The notes below the pieces were generated by a model. That model searched no databases and had not been told where the DNA came from. It saw only the letters and a program-made list of their open reading frames with translations. A DNA stretch of 63,763 bases, filler included, from Reclinomonas americana ATCC 50394 (Eukaryota), in NCBI GenBank assembly GCA_048213135.1. It is 6 parts of 4 records of this genome, joined end to end, with 100 filler letters (N's around TTAATTAATTAA, not from the genome) between each part and the next. Parts side by side here need not be neighbours in the genome. Positions count along the whole stretch, not along the records: positions 1 to 19,165 come from PS015837.1; 5 more parts are not named here. One strand, written 5' to 3'. How positions within the stretch are numbered: position 1 is the stretch's first letter; every line of letters begins with the position of its first letter. Positions 1-12,855 of this stretch are shown here, piece after piece. A program made the translations under genes and the position numbers.

Positions 1-107
1 TCTCCCTGCCTCTCTCCCTCTCCTCTCTCTTTCCATTCTTCTCGCCTTCCCTCTTCTTCCCTCTCTCCCCCTTCTCCTTATTCTTTGCCCTCCTTCCCCG
101 TCAACAG

Positions 108-3100
108 GAACTCCCTCTGGCGCGCCTCACAAACCGGTCGCGAGCACAACGGCGCGGCGAATCACGGCTCACCACCCGACGACACCTACATGGCCGTGGG
201 TTTGCCCGGTAGACCATCATACGACGGCCGCTTGGCACAGCCGGTGGCCGCCGACTTTACCTCCTCCTACTACTACCCACAGCAACAATACCAGCAGCAG
301 CCGCAACCGGCTCGCGGACCACCGCGCCGCGCCCTGCACGAGGCCTTTGGCAAGGGCGCCTTTGGCGGCAATGGCATTGGTGGTGGCGATCAGTTGCGCC
401 ACGACGAGCGCGGTTTGCGTCAGGCGTGGAGCGAGGACGTGGAGGCGGCGGCCATGGCCGAGCTGGAGCACAGCACGGAGCACCACTTGTTGCATCCGCC
501 GGCACCCACCGCCACCTTTGAATTCGGCTACGACGACACGGCGAGCCCGCGATCTGCGCGGTCCAACCGCAGCCGCAAGAGTCCACGATTGACGCCGCGG
601 TCGACTCCGCGCGGACAGAATGGCAGCAGTGGAGCGAATGGCGCGGGCAAGCCGGCGCCTTTTATTCACGACTTTGATCCGGTGTCGAAGCTGACGCAGA
701 ATTTTGGTTTCGAGTACTGCGTCAGCCAGGCCTCTCCCGACATCCAGGCGCAACTGTCGCCGCACCCATCGCCAGGCACATCGCCGCGTCCGTCGTACCA
801 GGCGGGACCGCCGCCGGCGCCGCCGAGCGAGTGGGGCCTGCTGCAGCAGCAGCCTCCGCACTCCAGCAATGGGTTGTCGCGGTTCGAGCACGGCGATGTG
901 CCCGACAGCGTGCTCTCCATGCCGCACCTGTCGCCGCACGTAACCAATCCGGAGCGCTCGCTGCGATTGCGGTTGCGCGGAGTGCTCTCCGGTCAGGTGC
1001 CGGCAGTGACTCCGCCGTTGCGCAGTCCCGGACCGAGGTGAGTGGGTGATGAGAGGGGGAGGAGGGAGATGAAGGGGGAGGAAGCTGATTTCTGATTTTG
1101 TGCAGCTTGTCCGCCTCGTTGCCGTCGCCGTCGGTGCGCATTCCGTCGCGCTCCGGTATCGGCTCTCGGTCGTCCAAGGCCGGCGACGGTCACATGGTGC
1201 CGGGACCGCCGCCGATGACTGCCGCGTCGTCAAAGCAGTATGGTGGTGGTGGCAAGCTGCGACCGACCCAACAGCGACCCCGACAGCATCCCGATCAGAC
1301 GCCGTGGTTGTCGGAGGGGGATGAGACGCCGGCGGCACTGCATTCGTCGCTGGAGATTGACGAGTATGTGGCCAAGGTATGTGGCGAGAGGGGCACAAGG
1401 GCGGTGGTGCGTGACACTGATTGGTTTTCTTCATAGATGCAACAGGCGCAGCGTTTGCTGCAAGACGAGATGCATCGCGGCGGCACTGGAAATGGTCGCT
1501 CGCCGGCGGATGCCATCAGGGCGGTGCAGCAGGGTGCGTAAGAGGGGAAGGGATAATGGGAAAGGGCGGAAGGGAAGTAGAGAGAAAAAGAGAGAGAATG
1601 AGAGGGAAGGAGGCAAAGAGGGAAAGAGGGGATAGTCGAAGGGACAAACGGAGTAGAGGGTGCGAAGTGGGGAATGAGAGAAGAGGGGAGAAGGGAAAAG
1701 GGGAAAGGAGGGAAGGGGGAATGGGGAAAGGGGGGACAAGGTGAGGGTTAGTGCCCACTTCCTGCATGTGTTTTTTTGTGCGAGAGCAGGTCAGCTAGGG
1801 AAGCGTGGTAGAGTTTCTGCTCTTCTATTGTTTGAAATTATTGTGTGTGCTTTTCAATCGCGAAAGAAGAGAGAGAGAATGTTGACCATGTGTGCTGTTT
1901 GTGATTCGCTCGTTTGGGAGATAGAGAGAGATTCACAATGTGTCGAGCTACACTTGTTTCGTTGGGAGTCAATACGAGAAAGAAATAGAGTTTGTGATAA
2001 GTGGCTGTTTCGGACGCTGCGAGAGTGCGTTCATGTGTCGCTCTGTGCAGTTTCACACTCTGCGAGAGAGCAAGAGAGAAAACAAAGACCGGGTCAGCTA
2101 GTGTCGAAGTGTGCTGCCTTGTGCAGATTTTCGCTCTGCGAGAGAGCAGCAAGAGAGACAGACTTCGCTTGTGTGTGTAGCGCATTGTGCCGCACTGCTG
2201 ATTGACTCTACAAGAGAGTGAGAGAGACAGTATGAGTTCCTGTGCGCGTCAAACTCGTCTGCTGATTGAGAAATGGAGAGCGTGAGCAAGCGAGAGACAT
2301 GAAGAATGTTTGTGCAAAGGATATTGTGGTGAAGGAGAATTTTCTGTTGTGTGATTGTCGAGAGGGACTGAGGGAGTCGTGTCATTGTACACCTCATTCT
2401 TCTTTCCCCTCTCTGCCACTTCTGCATGTCTACGATGTGATCGCTGACTGCCATCGCAGGAATGAGTGAACTCGACCGCGGCGCCCCTCGAAAGACTGGC
2501 AATGGAACCATGCAGGGCCGGTGCGTGGACCTTCCATCTTCTTTGAGTCCATCGCTCCTCCTCATTACCGAACACTGCGCAGAGAGCGACCGGCACCGAC
2601 CGAGTTTGTGCGGCAACGACTGCAAGTGCTGCTCGATGAATTGACGCGATCGGCGGCCGAGCGAATGGGCGAAATGCAGGACATGATGTTGGTGAGTGTG
2701 TGTATCGTTTGCGGCACCCTCTTTCGCGATTCGTGCACTCACTCTTGCCACGGCAGATGAAGGACGAGCAAATGTCTGGCCACTCGAGGTATCCCGATCA
2801 GCTGGCGCCAGCCATGGCCGAGCTGTTCACTCAGAGGGAGTACGAGCGCGTTGGTGAGAGAAAGTAAGGCGATGCAGTTGAGGGAAACAGTGCTCTCACA
2901 TTCTCCGTCTCGCCTCAGCCAAGGAAGACAGCGTGCTGCGCGACGTATTGATGCTGCACTCGAGCCTGACGAAGCTGGACAATGCGGGATTGGTGAGTGT
3001 GCATGAAAGGCAGCGAGATAGTGTGTGAGGGAAGAGAGAGAGAGAGTTAGTGAGGGAGTGAGGGAGTGAGTGAGTGCGAGTGTGAATCTTTGTGTTTGTG

Positions 3101-5269
3101 TGTTTGGTTGTGCCTGTATATGTTATTGTGTGTACATGTGCGTGTGTGTGCGTGTCCATGAAAGGCAGGGACATAATGTGTGTGTGTGTGTGTGTCTGGG
3201 TGCGTGTGTGTTTGTTTGCGTTTATTTTATGCATGCACGCGTCGATTGTTTGTCGTTTGTGTTGGTTTGGTTGCGTGTGTGTGTTTGTGTGTGTAGTTGT
3301 GTGTTTGTGCTTTATATTGGGTGTGTGTAAGAGAGTGAGTTAGTGTGTGAGTGAGTGAGTGAGGTGAGTGAGTAAGTGAGTGAGTGAGTGAGTGATGTGT
3401 GAGTGAGTGTCCATCAAAGACAGAAAAGGTAGTGCGTTCTTGTGAGTGAGTATATGTGTGTGGGCGTGCGTATGTCTTTGTGTCTGTTTTGTGTTTTGCG
3501 TCACCGTGTGAGTCCATATGTCAGTGAGTGTCAATGTTCGTAATAGGAGAACTTTGTTTCCCCTTCTTACATGTGACTGCAGAATCCTGGCGAGTTGAGG
3601 CATCTGGACGGACCCTCGCGATGGACATTGCGTTCGGTGACCACGAGCTCCACAGGTTCATTCTCATCAGATGCTATCCCTTCATCCCTCGATACTCACC
3701 TGTTCATTCAAATCACCAGAGGCCAGCGGGTCACCAGCGGTGAGCGCAGCATTCCTCGAATATGCTCCTTTTCCCCATCCGTGCTCATTCTCTTGCCCTC
3801 ACCTGCAGCAATCGGCGGCTCGCAATCCAGCCCGCTCCTCCGAGGTCCACATGGCGTCGCCGGACACCCCGGGCTCCGATACGAAGACCATGTCGCCGCG
3901 CTCGACGGCGTCGGGTGCTGGAGGGGCTGAGAGATTCAGCGATGAGATGGATTCGGATATGTTTTCGACGGTGCTGCCGGCGTTGATTGATCGGGCGGCG
4001 GACACGTTGAGGCACAGGGGGAGGAGGCAGCAGGCGTTGTTGTGTCTCATGGGTGAGTGTGCGAGGGGAAGGGAGGGAAAGTGGGTGAATGGAAAGGGAA
4101 GGGAGAAGAGGGAGATGAGAGAAAAAGTGCAGTGAGCAAGTGTGCCCAATCCATTATGCGCCTCGAATTCCTGTCTCTCAATCTGTCTCCCTGTCGCCCC
4201 TTGCTTCCTATCCGTTCTTCTTGTCCGCTCTCTCTCTCTCTTTCCCTCTTCTCTCGCTCAGTCGTTCTCGTTCGTGTTGCTCAGCATGTCTGATGCAACT
4301 CTCCTTGTTCTCGCCCGCACTAGGTTCAGTTTCTCTCAACCGACCCTTGGTGCTCACTCCTTTTCCATCTCTCAGCTTGTTCTCACGAGCATCGATCGTA
4401 CGCACACTTGCGCTCAGTACTCACTCGCTGCCAACATCTTTGCACACCCCTTCATTTTGTCTCTCACGGCACCGTCACTCTCCACTCTTTCTCTTGCTTT
4501 TCTCTTCGCTTCTGCCTCCATTTCTGTGTCCCTCTCTTCTGTAGCTCAGCTGTTTTCACATCTCTCAGCCTCTCTTCACCCTGTCTTCGCCCTTTCCCTC
4601 TACATTTGTTCCCTCTCCTCCCTTTTCCTCTCCGCCCTTCCGTCTCCGGCCTATTATTATTCGCCCCTTCCCTCTCCGCCATTTCCCTCTTCGCCCTTTC
4701 CCTCTTCGCCCCTTCTCTCTCCGCCCTTTCCCTCTCCGTCCTTTTCCTCTCTGCCCTGTCCCTCTTCGCCCTTTCACTCTTCACCCTTTCTCTTCCCACC
4801 CTTTCCCTCTTCGCCCCTTCTCTCTCCACCCTTTCCCATCTTCGCCCCTTCTCTCTCCACCCTTTCCCTCTTCGCCCCTTCCCTCTCCACCCCTTCCCTT
4901 TCCGCCCCTTCCCCCTTCGCCCCTTCTCTCTCCGCCCTTTCCCTCTCCGTTCTTTTCCTCTCTGCCCCTGTCCCTCTTCGCCCTTTCACTCTTCACCCTT
5001 TCCCTCCGCCTTTTCCCTCCCCGCCCTTTCCCTCTTCGCCCCTTCCCTCTCCACCCCTTCCCTCTCTGCCCTTCTCTCTCCGCCTTTTCCCTCCCCGCCC
5101 TTTCCCTCTTCGCCCCTTCCCCCTTCGCCCCTTCTCTCTCCGCCCTTTCTCTTCCCACCCTTTCCCTCTTCTTCCCTCCTCTTCCCTCTTCGCTAACCCC
5201 CTTATCCATTTCTCAGAAAATCTGGAGAGCAACCGCAAGACCTTCCAGGAGACCCTCCGTGGCGTGTAA
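108..5269 (+). CDS. Hypothetical Pro/Ser/Gln-rich protein, multi-exon, 5'-partial
   Basis: Phase-consistent GT-AG exons at about 108-1037, 1106-1376, 1437-1533, 2460-2520, 2583-2691, 2757-2853 and 2919-2992, three exons within ~3583-4052, and a last exon 5217-5269 (ENLESNRKTFQETLRGV*). No recognisable domain. Confidence 0.65.
4620..5190. repeat. Intronic pyrimidine-rich minisatellite (~30 bp units like TTCGCCCCTTCTCTCTCCGCCCTTTCCCTC)
   Basis: Many imperfect tandem copies in the last intron of the first gene. Confidence 0.8.
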
Positions 5270-5404
5270 TCCGCGAGAGAGGATGTGTGTATTACTCGTT
5301 TATTCCTCTGTTGCTGTGTTTTTAAATCTCCCGCAAGTGGTTATTGTAATCGAAGCAAATCGTCGTGTTTGTGCTTCTTGATGGATTGATTGATTGCGGG
5401 CAGC

Positions 5405-8400
5405 TCACAACTTGGCGCGCACCGTGAGAAGCCGGCGCAGGATCTTGCCACTGGGACTCTTGGGGATCTCGTTGATGAACTGCGGGGCACAGAGATGTGA
5501 GAAATGGTGAGGGATGGCATGGCTTCTTATGTGACCAGACCTCCATCAGTCGGATTTTCTTGTGCGGCGCCACGCGCTCGGCCACGTACGCAATGAGCTC
5601 CTCGGCGGTGGCCTGCACGAAGAGAGAGAGAGAGAGTCAGAACAAAGGCAGGCCGACAGACACACAGACAGCGAGATAGAGAAAGAGAGAAAGAGAAAGA
5701 ATGAGAGAGAGAGAGACAAGCACGGATAGACAGAGATACACAGAGAAAGAGAGAAGGAGAAGGAGAGAGAGATTGACATACTGTGTGTGTGTCAGAGAGA
5801 GAGGCAGGCACACACAGACACGCGGGCAGACAGGCTGAGAGCGAGACAGACTCAGAGGGAGCGGAAAAGAAAGAGAAACAGACGGACACGAACCACAAGC
5901 AGGCAGACACAGACGCAGTCATTCAGACAGACAACCGAGCAAAGAGAAGAAGAATGAGCGAGGGAGAGAGACATACAAATTGAAAGAGCAAGAAGAACAG
6001 AAACGGTCGGTGTCAAGTGAAACAAACCTTGGCTTGTGGTTTCAGAACGACAAAACCCTTGGGGATCTGCGATGCATGGATGAGGGAGACACCAGCTTGT
6101 TGCACGCACGTAAGCTACACTTCACCTCGCCGGCCTCTGCGTCGGGGAAGGGCACCACGGCGGCATCGGCGACGGCCGGATGGGTGAGCTGCGGGAAGGA
6201 TATGAGAAACACGACGCGGATCCTGAACGACGACACTCACTCACCAAGACACCCTCCAATTGCGCCGGTGGCACCTGCGCAGCCATGAGTGAGATACAAG
6301 TCGTGCAAACTGAGCGATATGCGCATCACCCCCACCAAACCTGGAATGCCTTGAACTGTCGATTGTGCGCATCATGAACACGGTGAGAAATAATGAACAA
6401 CAATGCAGACTCTTGTCATGATGCACTCATTGCTGGTAGCGTGAGAGTGCGAGAGAGGGTTAGAGAGCGCGAGAGAGTGACAGAAAGGAGAGTGAGAGAG
6501 TGAGAAAGGCTGAGACTCTGAGACTGAGAGAGAGAGAGAATAAGAGGAGGAGAAGAGTCACAGTCTCCCTATTCTCTTCTGTCCTCATTCACTGCCTTCC
6601 AGCTTTCGTGCCTCCTTTCCTTCGTTGTCTCCCCTCACGCGCACCTTGATCAACTCCTTCACACGGTCAACGATGAAAAAGTCACCGTCCTTGTCGACAA
6701 TGCACACGTCGCTGTGCACAATAAATAAGCAACTGGCGACACACTTCTCACTCTTTACCAGCCCAACGCACCCCGTGTGCATCCATCCGTCGCGGATGCA
6801 GTGGGCGGTCTCGTGTGGCTTGCCCAAGTAGCCCATCATCACCTGCGGTCCCTTGATGCACAGCTCACCCTGCGACGCACATTGGTGAGTGCACCAGCAA
6901 ACAAATCTGTAAGGCACTCTGCACACACACCTCGCGATTGGCCTCGGTCACCTCCAAACCGGTCTCTGGGTCCACCAGCTTGGCCATGGTGTTGGGAGTG
7001 AGCCTGCAGTTCAGGAGGGTCAGGGGAATGGAAGGAGAGTCAAAGAAGAGTGGCAGAGCGCACCAGCCAATCGATCCGAGCTGTGCGCAGACGAGAAACA
7101 AAGGTGAGATACAGAATGCAGAGAGACACACAGAACCAAATCAGATAGCGCGGCAGAGAGGCGAGGCACTACCCACGCAGAAAGAAACATAACGCGGCAA
7201 GCAATGCTGGTGCAAACCTTGGTAAAGTCATCAGACTCGGGCGAAATATGGCACACGGGCGACAGCTCCGACATGCCGTACCCTGCGTGGAATCATTGTG
7301 AGCGAGCTACTTCGAAAAACAAGTGTAGTGCAACTGACGAACCCTGCTTGACCGAGCAGCCGATCCGACGGCGCACCTCCTCGGCGAGCTCGGTTGACAG
7401 CGGAGCAGCGCCGCTCATGATGGAGCGGACCGACGAGAGGTCGTATTTGCTGACCTGTGCGACGAGTCAGCAAGCATAGCGATATCACTGAAGGAAAAGA
7501 AGACAAACCAGCGGGTGCTTGGCCAGGGCCAGCAGAATCGGCGGCACCAAATTCATGCGAGTGACCTTGTACTTTTGGATCATTTCCAGGAACGGCTGCA
7601 GCTCGAACCTCTGCATCACGATCACCGTGCCTCCCTCGTGGAGCGCCTGTCGTGCTCGAGATGTGAGACATGGAGAGGGGCGCGAAGGGAAGAGGGTGCG
7701 CTGACGACGTACCACGCAGCAAATGACGACCACTGCAGGCGCAAGTGTGATAAAGTGAGTGATGGGGAGAGATGCGAAAGGCACAGCAATAAACGCAACT
7801 GGCGTACTGCGGCGATAGGAAACCGGAGGAGCGAAGGGAAGTGAGCAAAGAGGATTATCCACAGATGTTAAGTACAACGCATTTTCTTTCAACTGAGATA
7901 CACGTGCAGACACACACAATGGCAGCTCTCTCACTCTCTTCCTATCTTTCTCGCTCACTTTGTGTGCTTCACATCGCTTTTTCTCTCTTGAATACTTTGT
8001 TGTAAGGTGCTGATGTGCAACCCTCGCGCACGCGCGCACTCTCTCTCTCTCTCTCTTACTCTCATTCTTTCGCTCTTGGTGTTTGGCTCGACAAAGACTC
8101 GCTCTCACTACGCAACGATGTGGAAGAACGGCAGCACGCCCACCATCACATCCTCCCCACTGCAGACGTCCATAGCGACAATCTGCAAAGAGCAACACGG
8201 CATGAGGGTGAGAGAGAAGGAGCGTCAGAACTCGGCTTGAGAGCAGCAACCTGCTTGACTGTGTGCGCCATGAAAGAAAGTCAGCCACTGCAGCTGTAGA
8301 CAAGGAGCGTACAGAAAACGCAACTGTTGGCGACCAGGTTGCGGTGCGTGAGCATCACGCCCTTTGGCAGGCCGGTGGTTCCTACAGCGCGAATAAGAGA

Positions 8401-9308
8401 CTGTGGACGACGATTGTGCGGGGGGCAAAGCGAACCACTGCTGTAGGGCAGAGCGGCAATGTCTTTCTCGGGGCGGATGATGGCCTGGAAGATGCGGTTG
8501 TTGGGCACCATCAGCTCCTTGACGTGGCGGATGGTGATGCCGTTTTCTGCGTAGAGAGGAGGAAGGAGAGGGAGAATAAGTGGGCAAAGTGGATCTGAAG
8601 AACAAAAAGGTGACCCGAGTGCGACACAGACGGCGAGGGAGAGAGAGAGCGAGTTCGGAATCAACGAGAAGCGCAGTCTGAGCAAAGTCCCATGAGTGAC
8701 CACACACACACGCACCAGTGCGCGAGACATCCTCACGAGGATCCGCAAACAAGTACACGGTGCGGCAGCTCGGCGACAGCTTGCAGGCACCCTACACGTT
8801 GCTCGCAGTCAGCGATCGACCCAGCACATGAGCAGCGGAATGTACGCACAAGGGCCTTGTCGAGAAGCGGGGCGACGGTGAAAATCAGCTTGGCGCCCGA
8901 GTCGGTCAGCTGCTGCCCAATCTCCTCCTCCTGTGCGTGCATCAAGCGATGGTGAGTTGTAAGAAGGGCTAACATGCAAGGGAGAAGCGACGCAACAGTG
9001 TACAGCGGATTCAACGTTGTGTTGCTCATGCCAGCGTGGCAGACACCTGCGAGGGCATGATTAATAACAGAAGCAACGAAAATGGCGAGGATGCAAGTCA
9101 GCGGACCTTGGAAGATCTGCGAAACCACAAGTCAGCCGACCGTTACCAGAAAGAGAAGGCAGGGGGAGACACGAAACAATGGGGAACTCAATCAGGTTGG
9201 GGCACATGATGGCAGCCACGTCGCCCTTGTCGTATCCGGCGACCCTGCCAAGGGGGAGACGAGGGCGCCTTGAGAAGAAGGCAGGAAAGCGTGCAACGAG
9301 AGGGCACC

Positions 9309-9341
<33 letters not shown>

Positions 9342-9595
9342 GGAGACAGAGAGGGAGACAGAGAGGGAGACAGACAGAGAAAGATAAGCAGGGGGAAGAT
9401 CAGGAGAGAAAGGCAGTGCACGAAAGCGAAGAGTCAATAGCGAAATCAAGCGTGCATTCACAGACAGACAGCGAGGCAGAGCGAGAGAGGCAACGGGAAA
9501 AGAGGAAGAGAAAGGCAGTGAAGATCGCAGCGAAAGAACAGAGGCAATGGCGCAATCAAGCATGCATTCAGAGAGAGGGAGACAGAGAGGAGACT

Positions 9596-9627
<32 letters not shown>

Positions 9628-10911
9628 GAAAGACAGGCAGGGAAGATCAGGAGAGAAAGGCAGTGCACGAAAGAGAAGAGTCAATAGCGCAATCAAGCGT
9701 GCATTCACAGACAGACAGCGAGGCAGAGCGAGAGAGGCAACGGGAAAAGAGGAAAAGAAAGGCAGTGAAGATCGCAGCGAAAGAACAGAGGCAATGGCGC
9801 ATCAAGCATGCATTCAGAGAGAGGGAGGGAGGGAGAGAGAGACACATGCAGGAAGCGAAACACGAAAGAACAGAGATACAGCGCGCTGAAACATGCATTC
9901 ACAGACAGACAGAGACAGAGAGAGAGAGAGAGAGAGGGACACAGAGAGGGAGACAGAGAGGGAGATAGAGTGGGAGACAGAGAGGGAGACAGAGGAGGGA
10001 GATAGAGGTGGGAGACANNNNNNNNNNNNNNNNNNNNNNNNNNNNNNNNNNNNNNNNNNNNNNNNNNNNNNNNNNNNNNNNNNNNNNNNNNNNNNNNNNN
10101 NNNNNNNNNNNNNNNNNNNNNNNNNNNNNNNNNNNNNNNNNNNNNNNNNNNNNNNNNNNNNNNNNNNNNNNNNNNNNNNNNNNNNNNNNNNNNNNNNNNN
10201 NNNNNNNNNNNNNNNNNNNNNNNNNNNNNNNNNNNNNNNNNNNNNNNNNNNNNNNNNNNNNNNNNNNNNNNNNNNNNNNNNNNNNNNNNNNNNNNNNNNN
10301 NNNNNNNNNNNNNNNNNNNNNNNNNNNNNNNNNNNNNNNNNNNNNNNNNNNNNNNNNNNNNNNNNNNNNNNNNNNNNNNNNNNNNNNNNNNNNNNNNNNN
10401 NNNNNNNNNNNNNNNNNNNNNNNNNNNNNNNNNNNNNNNNNNNNNNNNNNNNNNNNNNNNNNNNNNNNNNNNNNNNNNNNNNNNNNNNNNNNNNNNNNNN
10501 NNNNNNNNNNNNNNNNNNNNNNNNNNNNNNNNNNNNNNNNNNNNNNNNNNNNNNNNNNNNNNNNNNNNNNNNNNNNNNNNNNNNNNNNNNNNNNNNNNNN
10601 NNNNNNNNNNNNNNNNNNNNNNNNNNNNNNNNNNNNNNNNNNNNNNNNNNNNNNNNNNNNNNNNNNNNNNNNNNNNNNNNNNNNNNNNNNNNNNNNNNNN
10701 NNNNNNNNNNNNNNNNNNNNNNNNNNNNNNNNNNNNNNNNNNNNNNNNNNNNNNNAGAGAAGAGAGAGAGAGAGAAGAGAGAGAGAGAAGAGAGAGAAGA
10801 GAGAAGTGAGTGAGTGATTGCATTCATCGGAGAAATTCGTTGTTGGTGTGTGAGAGTGTGTGTTGTACCATTGGGAATGCTTACGTCGGCGTACTTGGAG
10901 TGGAACACCAT
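5405..10911 (-). CDS. 4-coumarate-CoA ligase-like acyl-CoA synthetase (ANL/AMP-binding family) with C-terminal PTS1 (AKL)
   Basis: Spliced motifs: MVFHSKYADVSIPN (start), KGDVAAIMCPN, ALPYSSG/TTGLPKGVMLTHRNLVAN, FFHIYAM, GYGMSELSP, GELCIKGPQVMMGY, GWMHTGD, IVDRVKELIK-FKAFQ-VPPAQLE, HPAVADAAV, IPKSPSGKILRRLLTVRAKL*. About 20+ exons; at least one probably lies in gap 10018-10755. Confidence 0.93.
9372..9825. repeat. Intronic tandem duplication (~240 bp period, two near-identical copies)
   Basis: GGGAAGATCAGGAGAGAAAGGCAGTGCACGAAAG...CAAGCATGCATTCAGAGAGAGGGA occurs at ~9392-9580 and again at ~9641-9825. Confidence 0.85.
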
Positions 10912-10984
10912 GTTGTGTGTGTGTGCGTTAAGGGAGCAACAAAAAAAAGAACAGAAAGAAGTTTTGAAGCAATCAACTGCAGGA

Positions 10985-11275
10985 CAAACCCTGTTTCTCT
11001 CGTTTTACTTTTCCTATACCTCCTCGTGAGTTGGTTTTGTGTGCTGAGAGTGCCTAAGAGCGTGTAGAGTTAGGCCTGTGCGAATGGCTGTGCAGCGCGG
11101 TGTGGAGAGAGTGACATCGGCTCGACGTCGACGACGCAAACGCCAGTTTCTCTCGCGTGGCTCTCCCTGCACCTCCGCGTGAGTTGGCTTTGTGTGCTGA
11201 GAGCGTCCAAGAGCGTGTAGAGTAAGGCCTGTGAGAATGGCTATGCATCGCGGCGTGCACGTGCCGACGTCGCAG
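10985..11275. repeat. Degenerate tandem duplication (~152 bp period) in a probable bidirectional promoter
   Basis: ACCTCC(T/G)CGTGAGTTGG(T/C)TTTGTGTGCTGAGAG...AAGAGCGTGTAGAGT(T/A)AGGCCTGTG(C/A)GAATGGCT at ~11018 and ~11170. Confidence 0.8.
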
Positions 11276-11480
11276 ATTTTGTTGTCTCTCTTGTGGCGCT
11301 CTCTCTTGGTTCGCAAGTAAAGCGAATGGAACACCAACGCCACGTAGTCACGCACCTTCTTTTCTCAGTCAGCGTGTCCTCCGCTTTACGAGCCACATCG
11401 CATGCGCGGCAACGAAATAAAACTTTGACGTCGACGTCCCGTGAGATTTGGCGCGAAATCCCTCGTGTTTACACAGAGCG

Positions 11481-11607
11481 ATGGGTGAGTGGTCTTGTTC
11501 CATGTGTGTGCGTTTATGTGCGTGTTGTCGTCTGCTCATACTGTTATGGCTGTGCGGTGCGCTCCAGACACTGACGTCGGGTACTCTTTGAGCGGTTTGT
11601 TCTCGAG

Positions 11608-11704
<97 letters not shown>

Positions 11705-12424
11705 TCTCTCTCTCTACTACTACTACTACTACTTACTTCTTCTACTCTACTCTACTACACTACACTAGTACGTAGTAGTACGAGAGAGGAGAGGAGGAGG
11801 AGAGAGGACGAGAGAGAGAGAGTAGAGAGAGAGNNNNNNNNNNNNNNNNNNNNNNNNNNNNNNNNNNNNNNNNNNNNNNNNNNNNNNNNNNNNNNNNNNN
11901 NNNNNNNNNNNNNNNNNNNNNNNNNNNNNNNNNNNNNNNNNNNNNNNNNNNNNNNNNNNNNNNNNNNNNNNNNNNNNNNNNNNNNNNNNNNNNNNNNNNN
12001 NNNNNNNNNNNNNNNNNNNNNNNNNNNNNNNNNNNNNNNNNNNNNNNNNNNNNNNNNNNNNNNNNNNNNNNNNNNNNNNNNNNNNNNNNNNNNNNNNNNN
12101 NNNNNNNNNNNNNNNNNNNNNNNNNNNNNNNNNNNNNNNNNNNNNNNNNNNNNNNNNNNNNNNNNNNNNNNNNNNNNNNNNNNNNNNNNNNNNNNNNNNN
12201 NNNNNNNNNNNNNNNNNNNNNNNNNNNNNNNNNNNNNNNNNNNNNNNNNNNNNNNNNNNNNNNNNNNNNNNNNNNNNNNNNNNNNNNNNNNNNNNNNNNN
12301 NNNNNNNNNNNNNNNNNNNNNNNNNNNNNNNNNNNNNNNNNNNNNNNNNNNNNNNNNNNNNNNNNNNNNNNNNNNNNNNNNNNNNNNNNNNNNNNNNNNN
12401 NNNNNGAGATTAGAGAGCGACGAG

Positions 12425-12459
<35 letters not shown>

Positions 12460-12465
12460 AGAGAC

Positions 12466-12512
<47 letters not shown>

Positions 12513-12782
12513 ACGAGCGACAGAGAGAGTACGAGCGACAGAGAGAGCACGAGCGACAGAGAGAGCACGAGCGACAGAGAGAGCACGAGCGACAGAGAGA
12601 GAGCACGAGCGACAGAGAGAGAGCACGAGCGACAGGGAGAGCAAGAGCGAAAGAGAGAGAGCAAGAGCGAAAGAGAGAGAGAGAGAACACGAGCAACAGT
12701 GAGAGAACACGAGCGACAGAGAGAACACGAGCGACAGGGAAAGCACGAGCGACAGAGAAAACACGGGCGACAGAGGGAGCAC

Positions 12783-12855
<73 letters not shown>

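Noticed and set aside
217..1434. 405-aa minus-strand ORF
   Set aside because: GC-rich antisense shadow of the plus-strand exons, which have consistent splice phases.
4140..5238. Long Pro/Ser/Leu or Arg/Glu/Gly ORFs in pyrimidine/purine tracts (also 9.2-10, 19.2-19.9, 36.5-37.1 and 47.1-47.9 kb)
   Set aside because: Stop-poor intronic micro- and minisatellites flanked by proper splice sites.
5405..10911. Calling the ANL enzyme a luciferase or true lignin-pathway 4CL
   Set aside because: The motifs are shared across the family, and substrate cannot be read from sequence.
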